From assembly GCA_013812655.1 (NCBI GenBank), contig JACCTC010000317.1:19002-83001 (forward strand): 64,000 bases of DNA, written 5' to 3'. The DNA comes from Deltaproteobacteria bacterium. GTDB taxonomy: Bacteria; Myxococcota_A; Polyangia; Haliangiales; Haliangiaceae. The translations under genes and the position numbers were made by a program. Positions within the stretch are counted from its first letter, which is position 1. Each line of letters opens with the position of its first letter. Positions 45,790 to 55,547 of the stretch are shown piece by piece. A model generated the notes under the pieces. That model had not been told where the DNA came from. It made no database searches and was given only the letters and a program-made list of their open reading frames with translations.

Positions 45790-46383
45790 ATGGCTGATCC
45801 GATCCGGCGGCTGGTCGCCGAGCTCGCGCGTCTCCCCGGCATCGGCGAGAAGACCGCGACGCGTCTGGCCTTTCACCTGATCCGCGGCAACCGTCAGCAG
45901 GTCACCGACCTCGCCCAGGCGCTGCTCGACGTCACCGACAAGATCCGGCTGTGCTCGATCTGCATGAACATGACCGAGGCCGATCCGTGCCCGATGTGCA
46001 CCGACGGCCGGCGCGATCCAGAGACGATCTGCGTCGTCGCCTCACCGTCGGACCTCATCGCGATCGATCGCGGTGGGCACTTCCGCGGTCGCTACCACGT
46101 CCTCCACGGGCTGCTGTCGCCGCTCGAGGGGATCGGACCCGACGATCTGCGGATCGCGGAGCTGGTGCGCCGGCTGGGCGGCGATCCGCCGGTCCGTGAG
46201 GTCATCATCGCGACCAGCCCGTCGGTCGATGGCGAGGCGACGGCGATGTACATCGCGCGCACCCTCAAGCCGCTCGGGCTCACGGTCTCGCGGATCGCGA
46301 CAGGCCTGCCGGTTGGTGGCGAGCTCGAGTACTCCGACCAGGCGACGATCGCGCGTGCGCTCGCCGGTCGGGCGACGCTCTGA
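45790..46383 (+). CDS. recR: Recombination protein RecR
   Basis: 197 aa with LPGIGEKTATRLAFHL (HhH), a CSICMNMTEADPCPMC zinc finger and a Toprim region. Confidence 0.92.
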   Translation: MADPIRRLVAELARLPGIGEKTATRLAFHLIRGNRQQVTDLAQALLDVTDKIRLCSICMNMTEADPCPMCTDGRRDPETICVVASPSDLIAIDRGGHFRGRYHVLHGLLSPLEGIGPDDLRIAELVRRLGGDPPVREVIIATSPSVDGEATAMYIARTLKPLGLTVSRIATGLPVGGELEYSDQATIARALAGRATL

Positions 46384-46543
46384 TCGAAGCCTCTCCTGGC
46401 CCACATCGGCTCGCACCCGGGCGCTCGTATCCCGCTGTTTAGCCGGCGGAAAGGTTGTACGGCTCGCGAGGGGTTGATACCGTGACTCCGTCGGCGGGGA
46501 GCCCACTTTTTGTGGGGCAAACCGGCCAAGGAGCCATGGCGCG

Positions 46544-47026
46544 ATGATCCAACAGCTCGTGATGTACGAGGAGGAGCTGCAGCAAATTAACGCTGTTTGC
46601 GAAATCCTCCATCGAGACTCGAATGCGAGAGCGGTCCTGCTCATCGACAAGAATGGGCAAGCGATGGCGCAAGCCGGCGACACGCACGAGCTCGACGTCA
46701 CGTCGCTCTCGTCGTTGACCGCCGGTAACGTCGCCGCGACAGGCGGCATCGCGTCGCTGCTCGCCGAGAAGGAATTCGCGGGTCAATTTCTCGAAGGCGA
46801 GAAGACCAGCTACCACGTCTCGATCGTGGGGCAGCGCGTGATCCTCGTGGTGCTGTTCGACGAGCGCAGCTCGCTCGGACTTGTCCGGCTCCGCGTCCGC
46901 AAGGCCGCCAACGAGCTGACCCACGTCCTCGACGTCATGGTCAAGAAGAGCGCGAGCGGCAGCGGTCAGCCGTCCGTGTTCTCCGAGATCACCGACGACG
47001 ACATCGACAACCTCTTCAACGATTAA
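46544..47026 (+). CDS. mglB: MglB, Roadblock/LC7-fold GTPase-activating protein of MglA
   Basis: MIQQLVMYEEELQQINAVCE...TSLSSLTAGNVAATGG...VILVVLFDERSSLGLVRLR...EITDDDIDNLFND is near-collinear with remembered M. xanthus MglB. Confidence 0.9.
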   Translation: MIQQLVMYEEELQQINAVCEILHRDSNARAVLLIDKNGQAMAQAGDTHELDVTSLSSLTAGNVAATGGIASLLAEKEFAGQFLEGEKTSYHVSIVGQRVILVVLFDERSSLGLVRLRVRKAANELTHVLDVMVKKSASGSGQPSVFSEITDDDIDNLFND

Positions 47027-47044
47027 GCGCCGAAGAGGTACGCC

Positions 47045-47632
47045 ATGAGCTTCATCAACTACTCGTCGCGCGAGATCAACTGCAAGATCGTCTACTACGG
47101 CCCGGGCCTCTGCGGGAAGACGACGAATCTCCAGTACATCTACAACAAGACCAATCCCGAGGCGAAGGGCAAGATGATCTCGCTCGCCACGGAGACCGAG
47201 CGCACGCTGTTCTTCGACTTCCTGCCGCTCTCGCTCGGCGAGATCCGCGGCTTCAAGACGCGATTCCACCTCTACACGGTTCCCGGTCAGGTCTTCTACG
47301 ACGCGAGTCGCAAGCTGATCCTGAAGGGCGTCGATGGCGTGGTCTACGTCGGTGACTCGCAGATGGAGCGCATGGAAGCGAACATCGAGTCACTCGAGAA
47401 CCTGGGGTCAAACCTCCAGGAGCAGGGTTACGATCTCGCGAAGCTTCCGTACGTCGTCCAGTACAACAAGCGCGACCTGCCCAACGCGATCCCGCTGCCG
47501 GAGCTCGAAGAGGCGCTGAACCCGACGAAGGTTCCCAGCTTCGAAGCCGTCGCGCCGAAGGGAGTTGGCGTGTTCGACACGCTCAAGGCAGTCGCGAAGC
47601 TCGTGCTCACCGAGCTTCGAAAGGGCGGATGA
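47045..47632 (+). CDS. mglA: MglA, Ras-like polarity/motility GTPase
   Basis: [33 protein letters not shown]...[11 protein letters not shown]...[10 protein letters not shown]...QYNKRDLP is almost identical in pattern to M. xanthus MglA. Confidence 0.93.
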   Translation: MSFINYSSREINCKIVYYGPGLCGKTTNLQYIYNKTNPEAKGKMISLATETERTLFFDFLPLSLGEIRGFKTRFHLYTVPGQVFYDASRKLILKGVDGVVYVGDSQMERMEANIESLENLGSNLQEQGYDLAKLPYVVQYNKRDLPNAIPLPELEEALNPTKVPSFEAVAPKGVGVFDTLKAVAKLVLTELRKGG

Positions 47633-49524
47633 TGCAGGCGTCCGTGGAACGGCCGAGGTTCCGTCAGGACCTCGTGGCCGAGGCTGTCGACGAGCATGGT
47701 GCGAAGTTCGTCGATCTGATGGACCTCGATAGCGGCCATGTCTTTCGGTTCTACGAGGTCGAGTTCTCGATCGCGTGCGCGATGGATGGCGAGCGCGATG
47801 TCCCGGCGATCATCCAGTGGGCGAAGGATGAGCTCGGGCTGGCCCCGTCGATGAACGAGGTCCGCGCCGTGATCGCCACGCTCGCCCAGCATGGCTACCT
47901 CGATCAGTCGGCGACCGCGCGAGCTGCGGCGTCCGATCATGCGCCGGCAGCGGCAGCGAAGCCGTCTGCGCGCGACGATCACGAGCTCGGAGCGGGCGTC
48001 GTCGTCGGCCAGCAGGCTCGCCAGCCGGCCCCGAGCGGCATCGATGTCGAGCTCGGCCACGCCGGTTCGGCGGCGGCGAGCGCACCGACGCAGCCACTGC
48101 CGAGCAGCGGCGATTACGATCTCGGTGCGCCTGGCGCGCCGGTGCAGGCGAAGGTCCCTCGTGCACCAGCCGAGGACTTTGGCCTCGGTGCGCCCGGTCG
48201 TGGCACATCGTCGAAGTCTGACGTGTCGCTCGACCTCGCCGATCACATCGCGGTGCGCGCGGATGACGTCAAGGAGGCGGTCCGTGCGTCCAAGGTCATG
48301 TCTGCCGTCGAGGCACCGAAGGATCTGATGGACCAGGTCGACGAGCCGGTGAAGCCGGCGGTCGATACCAAGGCCGCGGACGCTGCGCGGGCTGCGGAAT
48401 CGAAGGCAGCAGAAGCTGCACGCGCCGCGGAGGTTGCGCGAGCTGCCGAGACGGCTCGGGCCGAGGCCAAGGCTGCGGAGGCTGCAAAGGCCAAGGCTGT
48501 CGAGGCCGCGAAGGCCGCCGAGAAGGCGAAGGTCGCGACGCCGACCAAGCCCGTTGCTGACCAGAAGGGCAACGAGAAGCAGAAGAACCAGAAGGGTGGC
48601 CAGAAGCAGAAGGCCGAGCAGGTCAAGGACAAGACCAAGCCGCACCCGAGCAAGGCGAAGGCCACCGACACGCCGGTCTCCAGCAAGCCGGTCGCAGAGG
48701 AGCGCAAGGGCGTCAGCACAGCGTTGATCGTGCTCCTCGTCCTCGTGCTCGGTGGTGCCGGCGCGTACTTCGCGTGGCGCTACCTGATCCGCGATCAGGC
48801 GCCGCCGACCCAGCCGGTCTCGACCGCGCCGGTCACGCCGCAAGCGCCGGTGACGCCTCCCGAGCCGGCAGCTCCGCCGGATCCGAAGTCGAAGATCGAG
48901 ATCGCCGGCGGCGCGCCGCGCGATGTCGTCGGCGTGTTTGCCGGCACGATCGAGTCGATCGATACCGCCGAGCGCGACGTCAAGTCAGGCGACGTGCTCG
49001 CGCGGCTTGTCGGCGCCAAGCGTCTCGAGACCGAGATGGCGGCGCTCGACAAGGACATCGAGACCAAGCTCGGCAAGCAGATCACGGACCTCACTGCCGC
49101 GCGTGATGCGGCGCAGGCCAAGCCCGACGAAGCGGCCGTGAAGGCGGCGGAGGCGAAGCTCGCCAAGCTCGAGGCGACCCGCCAGGAGAAGCAGGATCTC
49201 CGGCTCAAGAAGGAAGAGGAGCTCGAGAAGCTGCTGGTTCGCGCGCCGTTCGACGGTCACGTCACGGTGCTCGCGAAGCAGGGCCAGAAGCTCGAAGAAA
49301 ACGTCGTCGTCGCGAAGATCACGCCGAAGCCGGCGCCGACCGCGCTGTTCAAGCTCGAGAAGAACATGACGCTCGAGCGCGGCGTCGTGGTGCCGGTCGC
49401 CGTCGGCGAGAAGATGTACACGTGCACGATCGCGGAATCGAACGTGGACGGGACGCGTGTGGCGTGTCCCGAGGACCCGGCCCTCGTCGAGGGGACCGAG
49501 GTCACGCTCAAGATCCCGCAGTGA
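47629..49524 (+). CDS. Bitopic membrane protein: cytoplasmic N-domain, Ala/Lys-rich linker, TM, periplasmic membrane-fusion (HlyD-like) domain
   Basis: ATGA overlap with the mglA stop. N-domain [44 protein letters not shown] segment [20 protein letters not shown]-terminal lipoyl-like hairpin ([11 protein letters not shown]), coiled coil and [10 protein letters not shown]. Confidence 0.75.
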   Translation: MMQASVERPRFRQDLVAEAVDEHGAKFVDLMDLDSGHVFRFYEVEFSIACAMDGERDVPAIIQWAKDELGLAPSMNEVRAVIATLAQHGYLDQSATARAAASDHAPAAAAKPSARDDHELGAGVVVGQQARQPAPSGIDVELGHAGSAAASAPTQPLPSSGDYDLGAPGAPVQAKVPRAPAEDFGLGAPGRGTSSKSDVSLDLADHIAVRADDVKEAVRASKVMSAVEAPKDLMDQVDEPVKPAVDTKAADAARAAESKAAEAARAAEVARAAETARAEAKAAEAAKAKAVEAAKAAEKAKVATPTKPVADQKGNEKQKNQKGGQKQKAEQVKDKTKPHPSKAKATDTPVSSKPVAEERKGVSTALIVLLVLVLGGAGAYFAWRYLIRDQAPPTQPVSTAPVTPQAPVTPPEPAAPPDPKSKIEIAGGAPRDVVGVFAGTIESIDTAERDVKSGDVLARLVGAKRLETEMAALDKDIETKLGKQITDLTAARDAAQAKPDEAAVKAAEAKLAKLEATRQEKQDLRLKKEEELEKLLVRAPFDGHVTVLAKQGQKLEENVVVAKITPKPAPTALFKLEKNMTLERGVVVPVAVGEKMYTCTIAESNVDGTRVACPEDPALVEGTEVTLKIPQ

Positions 49525-49561
49525 CCGGCGGCGTTCCGCCCCGTCGCCACCTGGCTCGAGC

Positions 49562-49774
49562 TCAGAGCGCCTTGAGCTTCTGAACCGAGAAGTGGGGGCC
49601 GGTCATGCCGATGCCCATCGCCTGCTTGTCGACGCTGCCCTCGAGCTCGGCCTTCATGCCGTCCTTGCAGGCGTCGAGCGGCCCGACGAGCTGATAGGTA
49701 TCGCCGTCTTCGGTCTCGATCACCCAGTGGCCGCCCTCGAGATCGTTGCGGCGAATCGTGCCTTTCAGCTTCAT
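49562..49774 (-). CDS. Small hypothetical protein (70 aa)
   Basis: MKLKGTIRRNDLEGGHWVIETEDGDTYQLVGPLDACKDGMKAELEGSVDKQAMGIGMTGPHFSVQKLKAL. The rest of the 210-aa track ORF looks non-coding. Confidence 0.5.
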   Translation of the reverse strand: MKLKGTIRRNDLEGGHWVIETEDGDTYQLVGPLDACKDGMKAELEGSVDKQAMGIGMTGPHFSVQKLKAL

Positions 49775-50044
49775 CTCAGGACGATAGCGCCTGCCGGGTT
49801 GACCGGCCATTGCAGCAGCCGATCGATCTTCGGCAAGCCGGCGACTCGACCAGCCGTGATGCCGCTCGCGTGCGTTCCCTTGCAGGCGCCTCCTGCGACA
49901 GTGACCGGGCTGCGACGATCGGTGCGACAGGTCGCCCCTCGACGAACCGCGACGTAAGCGGCTTGAATCGCTTGAATTCGATCTGGCTCGCCGCGTGAAC
50001 AAGAGGATTCTCGCGACGCTGTCGCAGAAAACGAGAAAGCCACC

Positions 50045-50221
50045 ATGTCGACCCGCCTCCAGATCATCGCGACCCGCCAGGCCCAGACCCGCGTCCGTGA
50101 CGCCCTCTTTGCTGCCTTCGTCGTGCTCGCGACCGTCATCTCGATCAGCTCTGTTGGCACCGCGGCGAACGCCGCGTCGAGCCAGCCCACGCACGCGCTA
50201 GCCCTCGAAGCCGCGCGCTGA
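50045..50221 (+). CDS. Small single-pass membrane protein, paralogue 1 (58 aa; below the ORF-track cutoff)
   Basis: ATG 50045 to TGA 50219-50221. Translation: MSTRLQIIATRQAQTRVRDALFAAFVVLATVISISSVGTAANAASSQPTHALALEAAR. About 55% identity over 38 aligned residues with the next ORF. Confidence 0.45.
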   Translation: MSTRLQIIATRQAQTRVRDALFAAFVVLATVISISSVGTAANAASSQPTHALALEAAR

Positions 50222-50264
50222 ACACCGACGTCATTCGCTCTTCGCTCTCCCGCATCCAAGGATC

Positions 50265-50453
50265 ATGACCATGACGACCACGACTCAGACTGCTTCGACA
50301 CACCTCACCAGCATCACCACCCGCCAGCGTGGCAGCCGCGTGCGCGACGGTGTGTTCGCGATCCTCGTCACGCTCGTCGCGGTCGTGTCGGTCGCGTCGG
50401 TCGCGACGGCCGCAAACGCCGCCAACACGACGACGCAGCTCGCGGCTCGTTAG
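50265..50453 (+). CDS. Small single-pass membrane protein, paralogue 2 (62 aa; the start may be ATG 50271)
   Basis: MTMTTTTQTASTHLTSITTRQRGSRVRDGVFAILVTLVAVVSVASVATAANAANTTTQLAAR. It shares the motif TRQ..[ST]RVRD..FA..V.L..V.S..SV.TAANAA with the previous ORF. AAGGA lies upstream. Confidence 0.45.
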   Translation: MTMTTTTQTASTHLTSITTRQRGSRVRDGVFAILVTLVAVVSVASVATAANAANTTTQLAAR

Positions 50454-52597
50454 TAGGTCAGCCGGTTGACGACGTAGTGCTTGTCGACGGTGAGGGGCTG
50501 CTCGTAGACCTCGCCCTGGTAGAGATAGCGATAGCGCGCGAAGTTCTCGGTGACCTTCTTCATGTACTCGCGGGTCTGCGTGTACGGGACGAGCTCGACG
50601 AACTCGTCCATCTCGCGGTCGCCGTAGAGCTCGAGCCAGCGCATCACCGGCCGGGGCCCGCTGTTGAACGAGCCAGCACCGATCGGGATCTGGCCCTTGA
50701 ACTTGCCGAGCATCCTGCCGATGTACCAGCTCGCGGTCTGGATGTTGTACTCGGGCTCGTAGAGCCGCCCGGCGTCGTACGGGATCGCGAGCTCCTTCGC
50801 GACCCGGCGCGTGGTCGCCGGGATCATCTGCAAGAGCCCCTGCGCGTCGGCGTACGACAGCACGTGCGGATCGAAGCCGCTCTCCTTGCGCATGATCGAG
50901 TAGAGATAGCCGTCGGGGTTGCTTCCGAGGTGCTGGTGCTTCTCGATCAGCGCCTGGTACGCGCGCGGATAGGCGTGAATCCACCACCGGCGAGCGTCGC
51001 CGTCCGCGGGGCCGTGGAGCGCATTGCCGCTGTAGCTGATCGCGAGCATCCACGGCCGATTGAAGTTGCCGGCCTTGCGATAGCGATCGAGCAGCATCGC
51101 GAACGCGGTCGCTCGATCGTGGCGCTTGAGGAAGCCGCGCTCGCCGCGTGCGAGCTCGAGGCCGGCGTCGGCGGTGAGGCCCGCAGCGATCAGCTCGTCG
51201 GCGCGCGCGATCAGATCGTCCTTCGCGAGTGCCTCGTCGACGGTCTCGGCGAGCTTGGGACCGCGCGGCGCTGGAGCGTCGATGCCGAACGGCGTGGTCT
51301 TGACGCCGATGGCGGCGAGGCGCGAGCGCGCGAGCAGCGCGTACCACGAGAACGGAAAGCGCTTGATCGTCGAGAGGTAGCCGGCGATAGCGGCGTCCTT
51401 GGCGGCGAGCTTCTCGTCGATCCGCGCGAGCCAGTACATGCCCTTGCCGCCCTCGAGGGCGCGGCCGCTCCTGGCGAGCGTATCGAGCCGCTTGCGCGCG
51501 GGCTGCCACTCGCCGAGGAAGTAGTGCGACATCCCGAGGAACCACAGCGCGTCATCGACCCACTTCGAGCGGGGATAGCGCTGCAGCGTCTCCTCGAGCG
51601 GCGCGATCGCCTCGCGATACTTGCCGCGGTTGAACTGCAGCCAGCCCGACAGGAACTGCGCCTCCTCGCCGTACGCAGTCTTCGGATACGCGTCGACGAC
51701 CTTGCGGTACCAGATGATCGCCTCGTCATCGCGATCGGCGCGCGACAGCGCGCGCGCGCCGTGGAACATCGCCTCGGCCGCCGAGTCCCCCATCTCGGGG
51801 TAGACCGCGAGGAGCAGCTTGCCGGCATCGCCGTAGCGCCGGCGCATCTTGAAGAGTGTCTTGCCGAGCCAGTAGTCGCGTGCGCGCGCGATCCCGGTCG
51901 ACTGCGGCCCACCGAGCAGCGAGAGCTCGACGATCGATTCGTCCCACAGGTGCGCCGCGGTCAGCTGCTTCGCGCGCTCGATGCGCTCCTCGGCGGTCAG
52001 TGGCGGTGCGCCGAGCTCGCCGAGCTTGCGCTCGGCGGACGCCGCGAGCGGGTGCGCGGGATGTGCGATCACGAAGGAGCGGAAGGCCGCGGGGGCCGCC
52101 TTGCCGGTCGCGGTCTCGGCGATCCGGTAGCGCGCGGTACCGACGTCGGCGACGTCACCTGCGCCGGCGGCCGCGACGAGCTTCGCGTAGGCCTTCGCGG
52201 CGCCCGCGCGATCGCCTTTCGCCCACGCACAGTCCGCGAGCCGCCACGGCACCTCGCGCGAGAATCGCGAACCGGCGAGCTTGCCGAGCTTCTCGAAGTC
52301 GGCACGCGCGGCGGCCGGATCGCCGGAGCGCAGCGCGATCATGCCGCGCAGCCAGTAGAGGTAGTCGCGATTCGCGAGGGCCTTCTCGTCGAGCCCGGCC
52401 AGCTTGGCGCGCGCCGTGCCGAGCTCCGCTGCGTCATAGGCGCGATAGGCATCGCCGAGGTCGGCCGCGGGATGTGCCTGGGCGGTCGCGCGCGTCAGCC
52501 CGCTGACTGCGAGGACCGCGACAGCAACACGCGCGACCGCGAGGATCGCGACCCGGTCGATCCTCGCGTGCGTCGCGCGTGTTGCCGGCCCGTGCAC
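50450..52597 (-). CDS. Soluble lytic murein transglycosylase (Slt70-like: TPR/superhelical N-domain plus SLT domain)
   Basis: GTG start at 52597 gives the signal-like segment RVAILAVARVAVAVLAVSG..AQA. The C-terminal catalytic region is MRKESGFDPHVLSYADAQGLLQMIP...YNIQTASWY. Confidence 0.8.
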   Translation of the reverse strand: MHGPATRATHARIDRVAILAVARVAVAVLAVSGLTRATAQAHPAADLGDAYRAYDAAELGTARAKLAGLDEKALANRDYLYWLRGMIALRSGDPAAARADFEKLGKLAGSRFSREVPWRLADCAWAKGDRAGAAKAYAKLVAAAGAGDVADVGTARYRIAETATGKAAPAAFRSFVIAHPAHPLAASAERKLGELGAPPLTAEERIERAKQLTAAHLWDESIVELSLLGGPQSTGIARARDYWLGKTLFKMRRRYGDAGKLLLAVYPEMGDSAAEAMFHGARALSRADRDDEAIIWYRKVVDAYPKTAYGEEAQFLSGWLQFNRGKYREAIAPLEETLQRYPRSKWVDDALWFLGMSHYFLGEWQPARKRLDTLARSGRALEGGKGMYWLARIDEKLAAKDAAIAGYLSTIKRFPFSWYALLARSRLAAIGVKTTPFGIDAPAPRGPKLAETVDEALAKDDLIARADELIAAGLTADAGLELARGERGFLKRHDRATAFAMLLDRYRKAGNFNRPWMLAISYSGNALHGPADGDARRWWIHAYPRAYQALIEKHQHLGSNPDGYLYSIMRKESGFDPHVLSYADAQGLLQMIPATTRRVAKELAIPYDAGRLYEPEYNIQTASWYIGRMLGKFKGQIPIGAGSFNSGPRPVMRWLELYGDREMDEFVELVPYTQTREYMKKVTENFARYRYLYQGEVYEQPLTVDKHYVVNRLTY

Positions 52598-52645
52598 CGG
52601 CGCAGTATACCGCCGACACGGAACGCTCGCAGTTCCCGAGGACCC

Positions 52646-53812
52646 ATGGCGTACCACGCGCTCGATTACTACGGCATCGACGAGCTCTTCACCCACGAGG
52701 AGCGGATGGTGAGAGACACCGTGCGCGAGCTGGTGTCGTCTCGCGTGATGCCGCAGATCGGCAAGCACTGGTCCGCGGGCACGTTCCCGCACGAGCTGGT
52801 CGCGCGGTTCGGCGAGCTCGGCCTGCTCGGGCCTTCTCTGACCGGCTATGGATGCGCGGGGATCAGCCCGACGGGCTACGGCCTGATCTGCCAGGAGCTC
52901 GAGCGTGGCGACTCCGGGATCCGCTCGTTCGTCTCGGTGCAGAGCTCGCTCGTGATGTTCCCGATCTGGGCGTTTGGCTCCGAGGAGCAGAAGCAGAAGT
53001 ATCTGCCCGAGATGGCAGCGGGTCGCGTGATCGGCTGCTTCGGGCTGACCGAGCCAGATTTCGGATCGAACCCGACCGGGATGCTGACCACGGCGAAGCG
53101 CGTCGGCGCTGGTTACCGGATCACCGGGACCAAGCGGTGGATCACGAACGGGTCGGCGGCGCAGGTCGCGCTCGTGTGGGCGAAGCTCGACGGCACGGTT
53201 CGCGGTTTTCTCGTACCGACGCAGAGCCCCGGGTTCGCGGCGCGCGACATCCACGGCAAGTGGTCGCTGCGCGCGAGCGTGACGAGCGAGCTCGTGATGG
53301 AGGACTGCGAGGTCGGTGAGGACGCGCTCTTGCCCGGCGTCAGCGGGATGCGCGGGCCGCTGTCATGTCTCTCGCAGGCGCGGTTCGGCATCTGCTACGG
53401 CGCGGTCGGCGCGGCGATGGCCTGCTACGACGAGGCGCTGTCGTACGCCAAGGATCGCGTGCAGTTCTCGAAGCCGATCGCGGGCTATCAGCTCGTCCAG
53501 CGCAAGCTCGTCGACATGGTCAGCGAGATCACGAAGGCGCAGCTGCTGTGCCTGCAGCTCGGCCGGCTCAAGGAGACAAACCGGCTGACGCCGGGGCAGA
53601 TCTCGCTCGCGAAGCGCAACAACGTCGCGATGGCCCGCGACATCGCGCGCGATGCCCGCGACATCCTCGGCGCGAACGGCGTGACCGACGACTACCAGTG
53701 CGGCCGTCACATGCTGAACCTCGAGTCGGTCTACACCTACGAGGGCACCCACGACATCCACACGCTGATCGTCGGCCAGGATGTCACCGGCCTCGCGGCG
53801 TTCGACTCGTGA
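52646..53812 (+). CDS. gcdH: Acyl-CoA dehydrogenase, glutaryl-CoA dehydrogenase-like
   Basis: 388 aa with GCFGLTEPDFGSNP, RWITNG and YEGTHDIHTLIVG. The upstream 2.1 kb of the 1111-aa track ORF is antisense to the transglycosylase gene. Confidence 0.75.
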   Translation: MAYHALDYYGIDELFTHEERMVRDTVRELVSSRVMPQIGKHWSAGTFPHELVARFGELGLLGPSLTGYGCAGISPTGYGLICQELERGDSGIRSFVSVQSSLVMFPIWAFGSEEQKQKYLPEMAAGRVIGCFGLTEPDFGSNPTGMLTTAKRVGAGYRITGTKRWITNGSAAQVALVWAKLDGTVRGFLVPTQSPGFAARDIHGKWSLRASVTSELVMEDCEVGEDALLPGVSGMRGPLSCLSQARFGICYGAVGAAMACYDEALSYAKDRVQFSKPIAGYQLVQRKLVDMVSEITKAQLLCLQLGRLKETNRLTPGQISLAKRNNVAMARDIARDARDILGANGVTDDYQCGRHMLNLESVYTYEGTHDIHTLIVGQDVTGLAAFDS

Positions 53813-54609
53813 GCATCTTTCGCGAGCCGCCGCCGAACACGCGTCCGCACGTGCTCGTCTGCTCGGGGCTCGATCCGTCGGGCGGCGCCGGGTTCATCGC
53901 GGATCTGCGGGTCGTCGACGCGGTCGGCGCGCGGCCGGTGGGCGTGGTCACCGCGCTCACGGTGCAGACCACGCAGGGCGTGCGCGCGATGCAGGCGCTC
54001 GACCCGGACTTCATCGGCACCCAGCTCGCGGCGCTGCTCGGCGACGTCGAGGTTCACGCGGTCAAGCTCGGCCTGCTCGGCTCGACCGAGATGGCGCGTC
54101 ACATCTCGTACGGGCTCGATCTCACCGCGGCGCCGGTCGTGTGGGACCCGATCGCGACGCCGTCGCGCGGCAACGTCGACTTCGACGGCGCGGCGTTCGA
54201 CGAGATGCTGCAGCAGCTGGCGCGCCACCTCACGCTGATCACGCCGAACGCGTTCGAGCTCGGCCTCCTCGAGCATCGCCACATAGATACGCTCGACTCT
54301 GCGATCGACGCCGCCGAGAACCTCGCCGCGCGGCTCGACGTCGCGGTGCTCGTCAAGGGCGGCCACGTTCCTCACGAAACGGCGGTCGACGTACTGGTGC
54401 ATGCCGACGGCACCGAGCGGCTCGAAGGGCCTCGCCTGCCACGCGGCGAGGACGTGCACGGTACCGGCTGCGCGCTGTCGGCGGCGATCGCGGCGCACCT
54501 CGCACGCGGCGTGGAGCTCGTCGAGGCGTGCCGTCGCGCGAAGGCATTCGTGGCGGAGCGGATCGGCTCCGCGATCTCCCCGGGGCGCGGCTTGCCGGCG
54601 ATCGTATGA
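53809..54609 (+). CDS. thiD: Hydroxymethylpyrimidine/phosphomethylpyrimidine kinase
   Basis: The GTG start overlaps the gcdH stop (GTGA). VLVCSGLDPSGGAGFIADL, VKLGLLGS, LITPN, VLVKGGH and HGTGCALSAAIAAHLA. Confidence 0.8.
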   Translation: MSIFREPPPNTRPHVLVCSGLDPSGGAGFIADLRVVDAVGARPVGVVTALTVQTTQGVRAMQALDPDFIGTQLAALLGDVEVHAVKLGLLGSTEMARHISYGLDLTAAPVVWDPIATPSRGNVDFDGAAFDEMLQQLARHLTLITPNAFELGLLEHRHIDTLDSAIDAAENLAARLDVAVLVKGGHVPHETAVDVLVHADGTERLEGPRLPRGEDVHGTGCALSAAIAAHLARGVELVEACRRAKAFVAERIGSAISPGRGLPAIV

Positions 54610-55535
54610 CCATGAAGATCGTGATCACCGGCGCGACCGGATTTGTCGGCACAGCGCTCGTCCCCGTGCTGCTCGCCCGCGGCGATACCGTGACCGTGCT
54701 GTCGCGCGACGGCGTGCGGGCGGAGGCACAGCTCGCGGGCGTCACCGGCGTGACCGCGGATCTCGAGACGTTCGGCCCGTGGACCGCGGCGCTCGAGGGC
54801 ACCGACGCGATCATCCACCTCGCCGGCGAGCCGATCGCCGCGAAGCGATGGGACGCGCGCCACAAGCAAGCGATCCGCGATAGCCGCGTCGAGTCGACGC
54901 GCGTGCTCGTCGAGGCGCTCGCGGCGCTGCCCGAGGCGAGCCGCCCGCGCGTGCTGATCTCGGCCTCCGGCACCGACTACTACCCGTTCGCCGGCGACAT
55001 CGACTTCGACGACGACGAGGTCACCGAGGCCGATCCGCCGGGCGAGTCGTTTCTCGCCCGGGTGTGCCGCGACTGGGAGAAGGAGGCGCTCGCGGCACGC
55101 GCGCTCGGCGTCCGCGTGGCGTGCATGCGCACGGGCCTGGTGCTCGGGGCGGGCGGGGCGCTCGGCAAGCTGACGACGCCGTTCAAGCTGTTCGTCGGCG
55201 GCAAGCTCGGGCACGGCCGCCAGTGGGTGTCGTGGATCCACCGCGGGGACGCCGCGGCCGCCTACGCGAACGCCGTCGTCGACGCTCGCCATGCTGGGCC
55301 GATCAACCTCGTCACCGACTCGATCCGCGGCGCCGACTTCGCACGCGCGGTCGGCAAGGCGCTCGGCCGGCCGAGCTGGCTACCGGTGCCGGGCTTCGCG
55401 ATCAAGGCCGCGGTCGGCGAGCTCGCGGAGTACTTGCTGCACGGCCGGCGCGTCGTGCCGAAGCGGCTGCACGAGCTCGACTTCGCGTGGCAGCACGGCA
55501 AGCTCGCGGCCGCGCTCGCCGACGCGCTGGCATAG
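54606..55535 (+). CDS. NAD-dependent epimerase/dehydratase family protein (TIGR01777/YfcH-like)
   Basis: ATGA overlap with the thiD stop. MKIVITGATGFVGTALVPVLLARG Rossmann motif. C-terminal ...RVVPKRLHELDFAWQH resembles DUF1731. Confidence 0.75.
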   Translation: MTMKIVITGATGFVGTALVPVLLARGDTVTVLSRDGVRAEAQLAGVTGVTADLETFGPWTAALEGTDAIIHLAGEPIAAKRWDARHKQAIRDSRVESTRVLVEALAALPEASRPRVLISASGTDYYPFAGDIDFDDDEVTEADPPGESFLARVCRDWEKEALAARALGVRVACMRTGLVLGAGGALGKLTTPFKLFVGGKLGHGRQWVSWIHRGDAAAAYANAVVDARHAGPINLVTDSIRGADFARAVGKALGRPSWLPVPGFAIKAAVGELAEYLLHGRRVVPKRLHELDFAWQHGKLAAALADALA

Positions 55536-55547
55536 CTCGGTCGTAGC

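Noticed and set aside
46535-46546. Three-codon uORF (ATG GCG CGA TGA) whose stop overlaps the mglB ATG
   Set aside because: The AAGGAG upstream is only 2 nt from this first ATG but 10 nt from the mglB ATG, so it most simply serves mglB. The mini-ORF is likely fortuitous.
50477-52645. N-terminal 720 aa of the 1111-aa plus-strand ORF
   Set aside because: Only the last 388 aa (from ATG 52646) look like an acyl-CoA dehydrogenase. The upstream part is the antisense frame of the Slt70-like gene.
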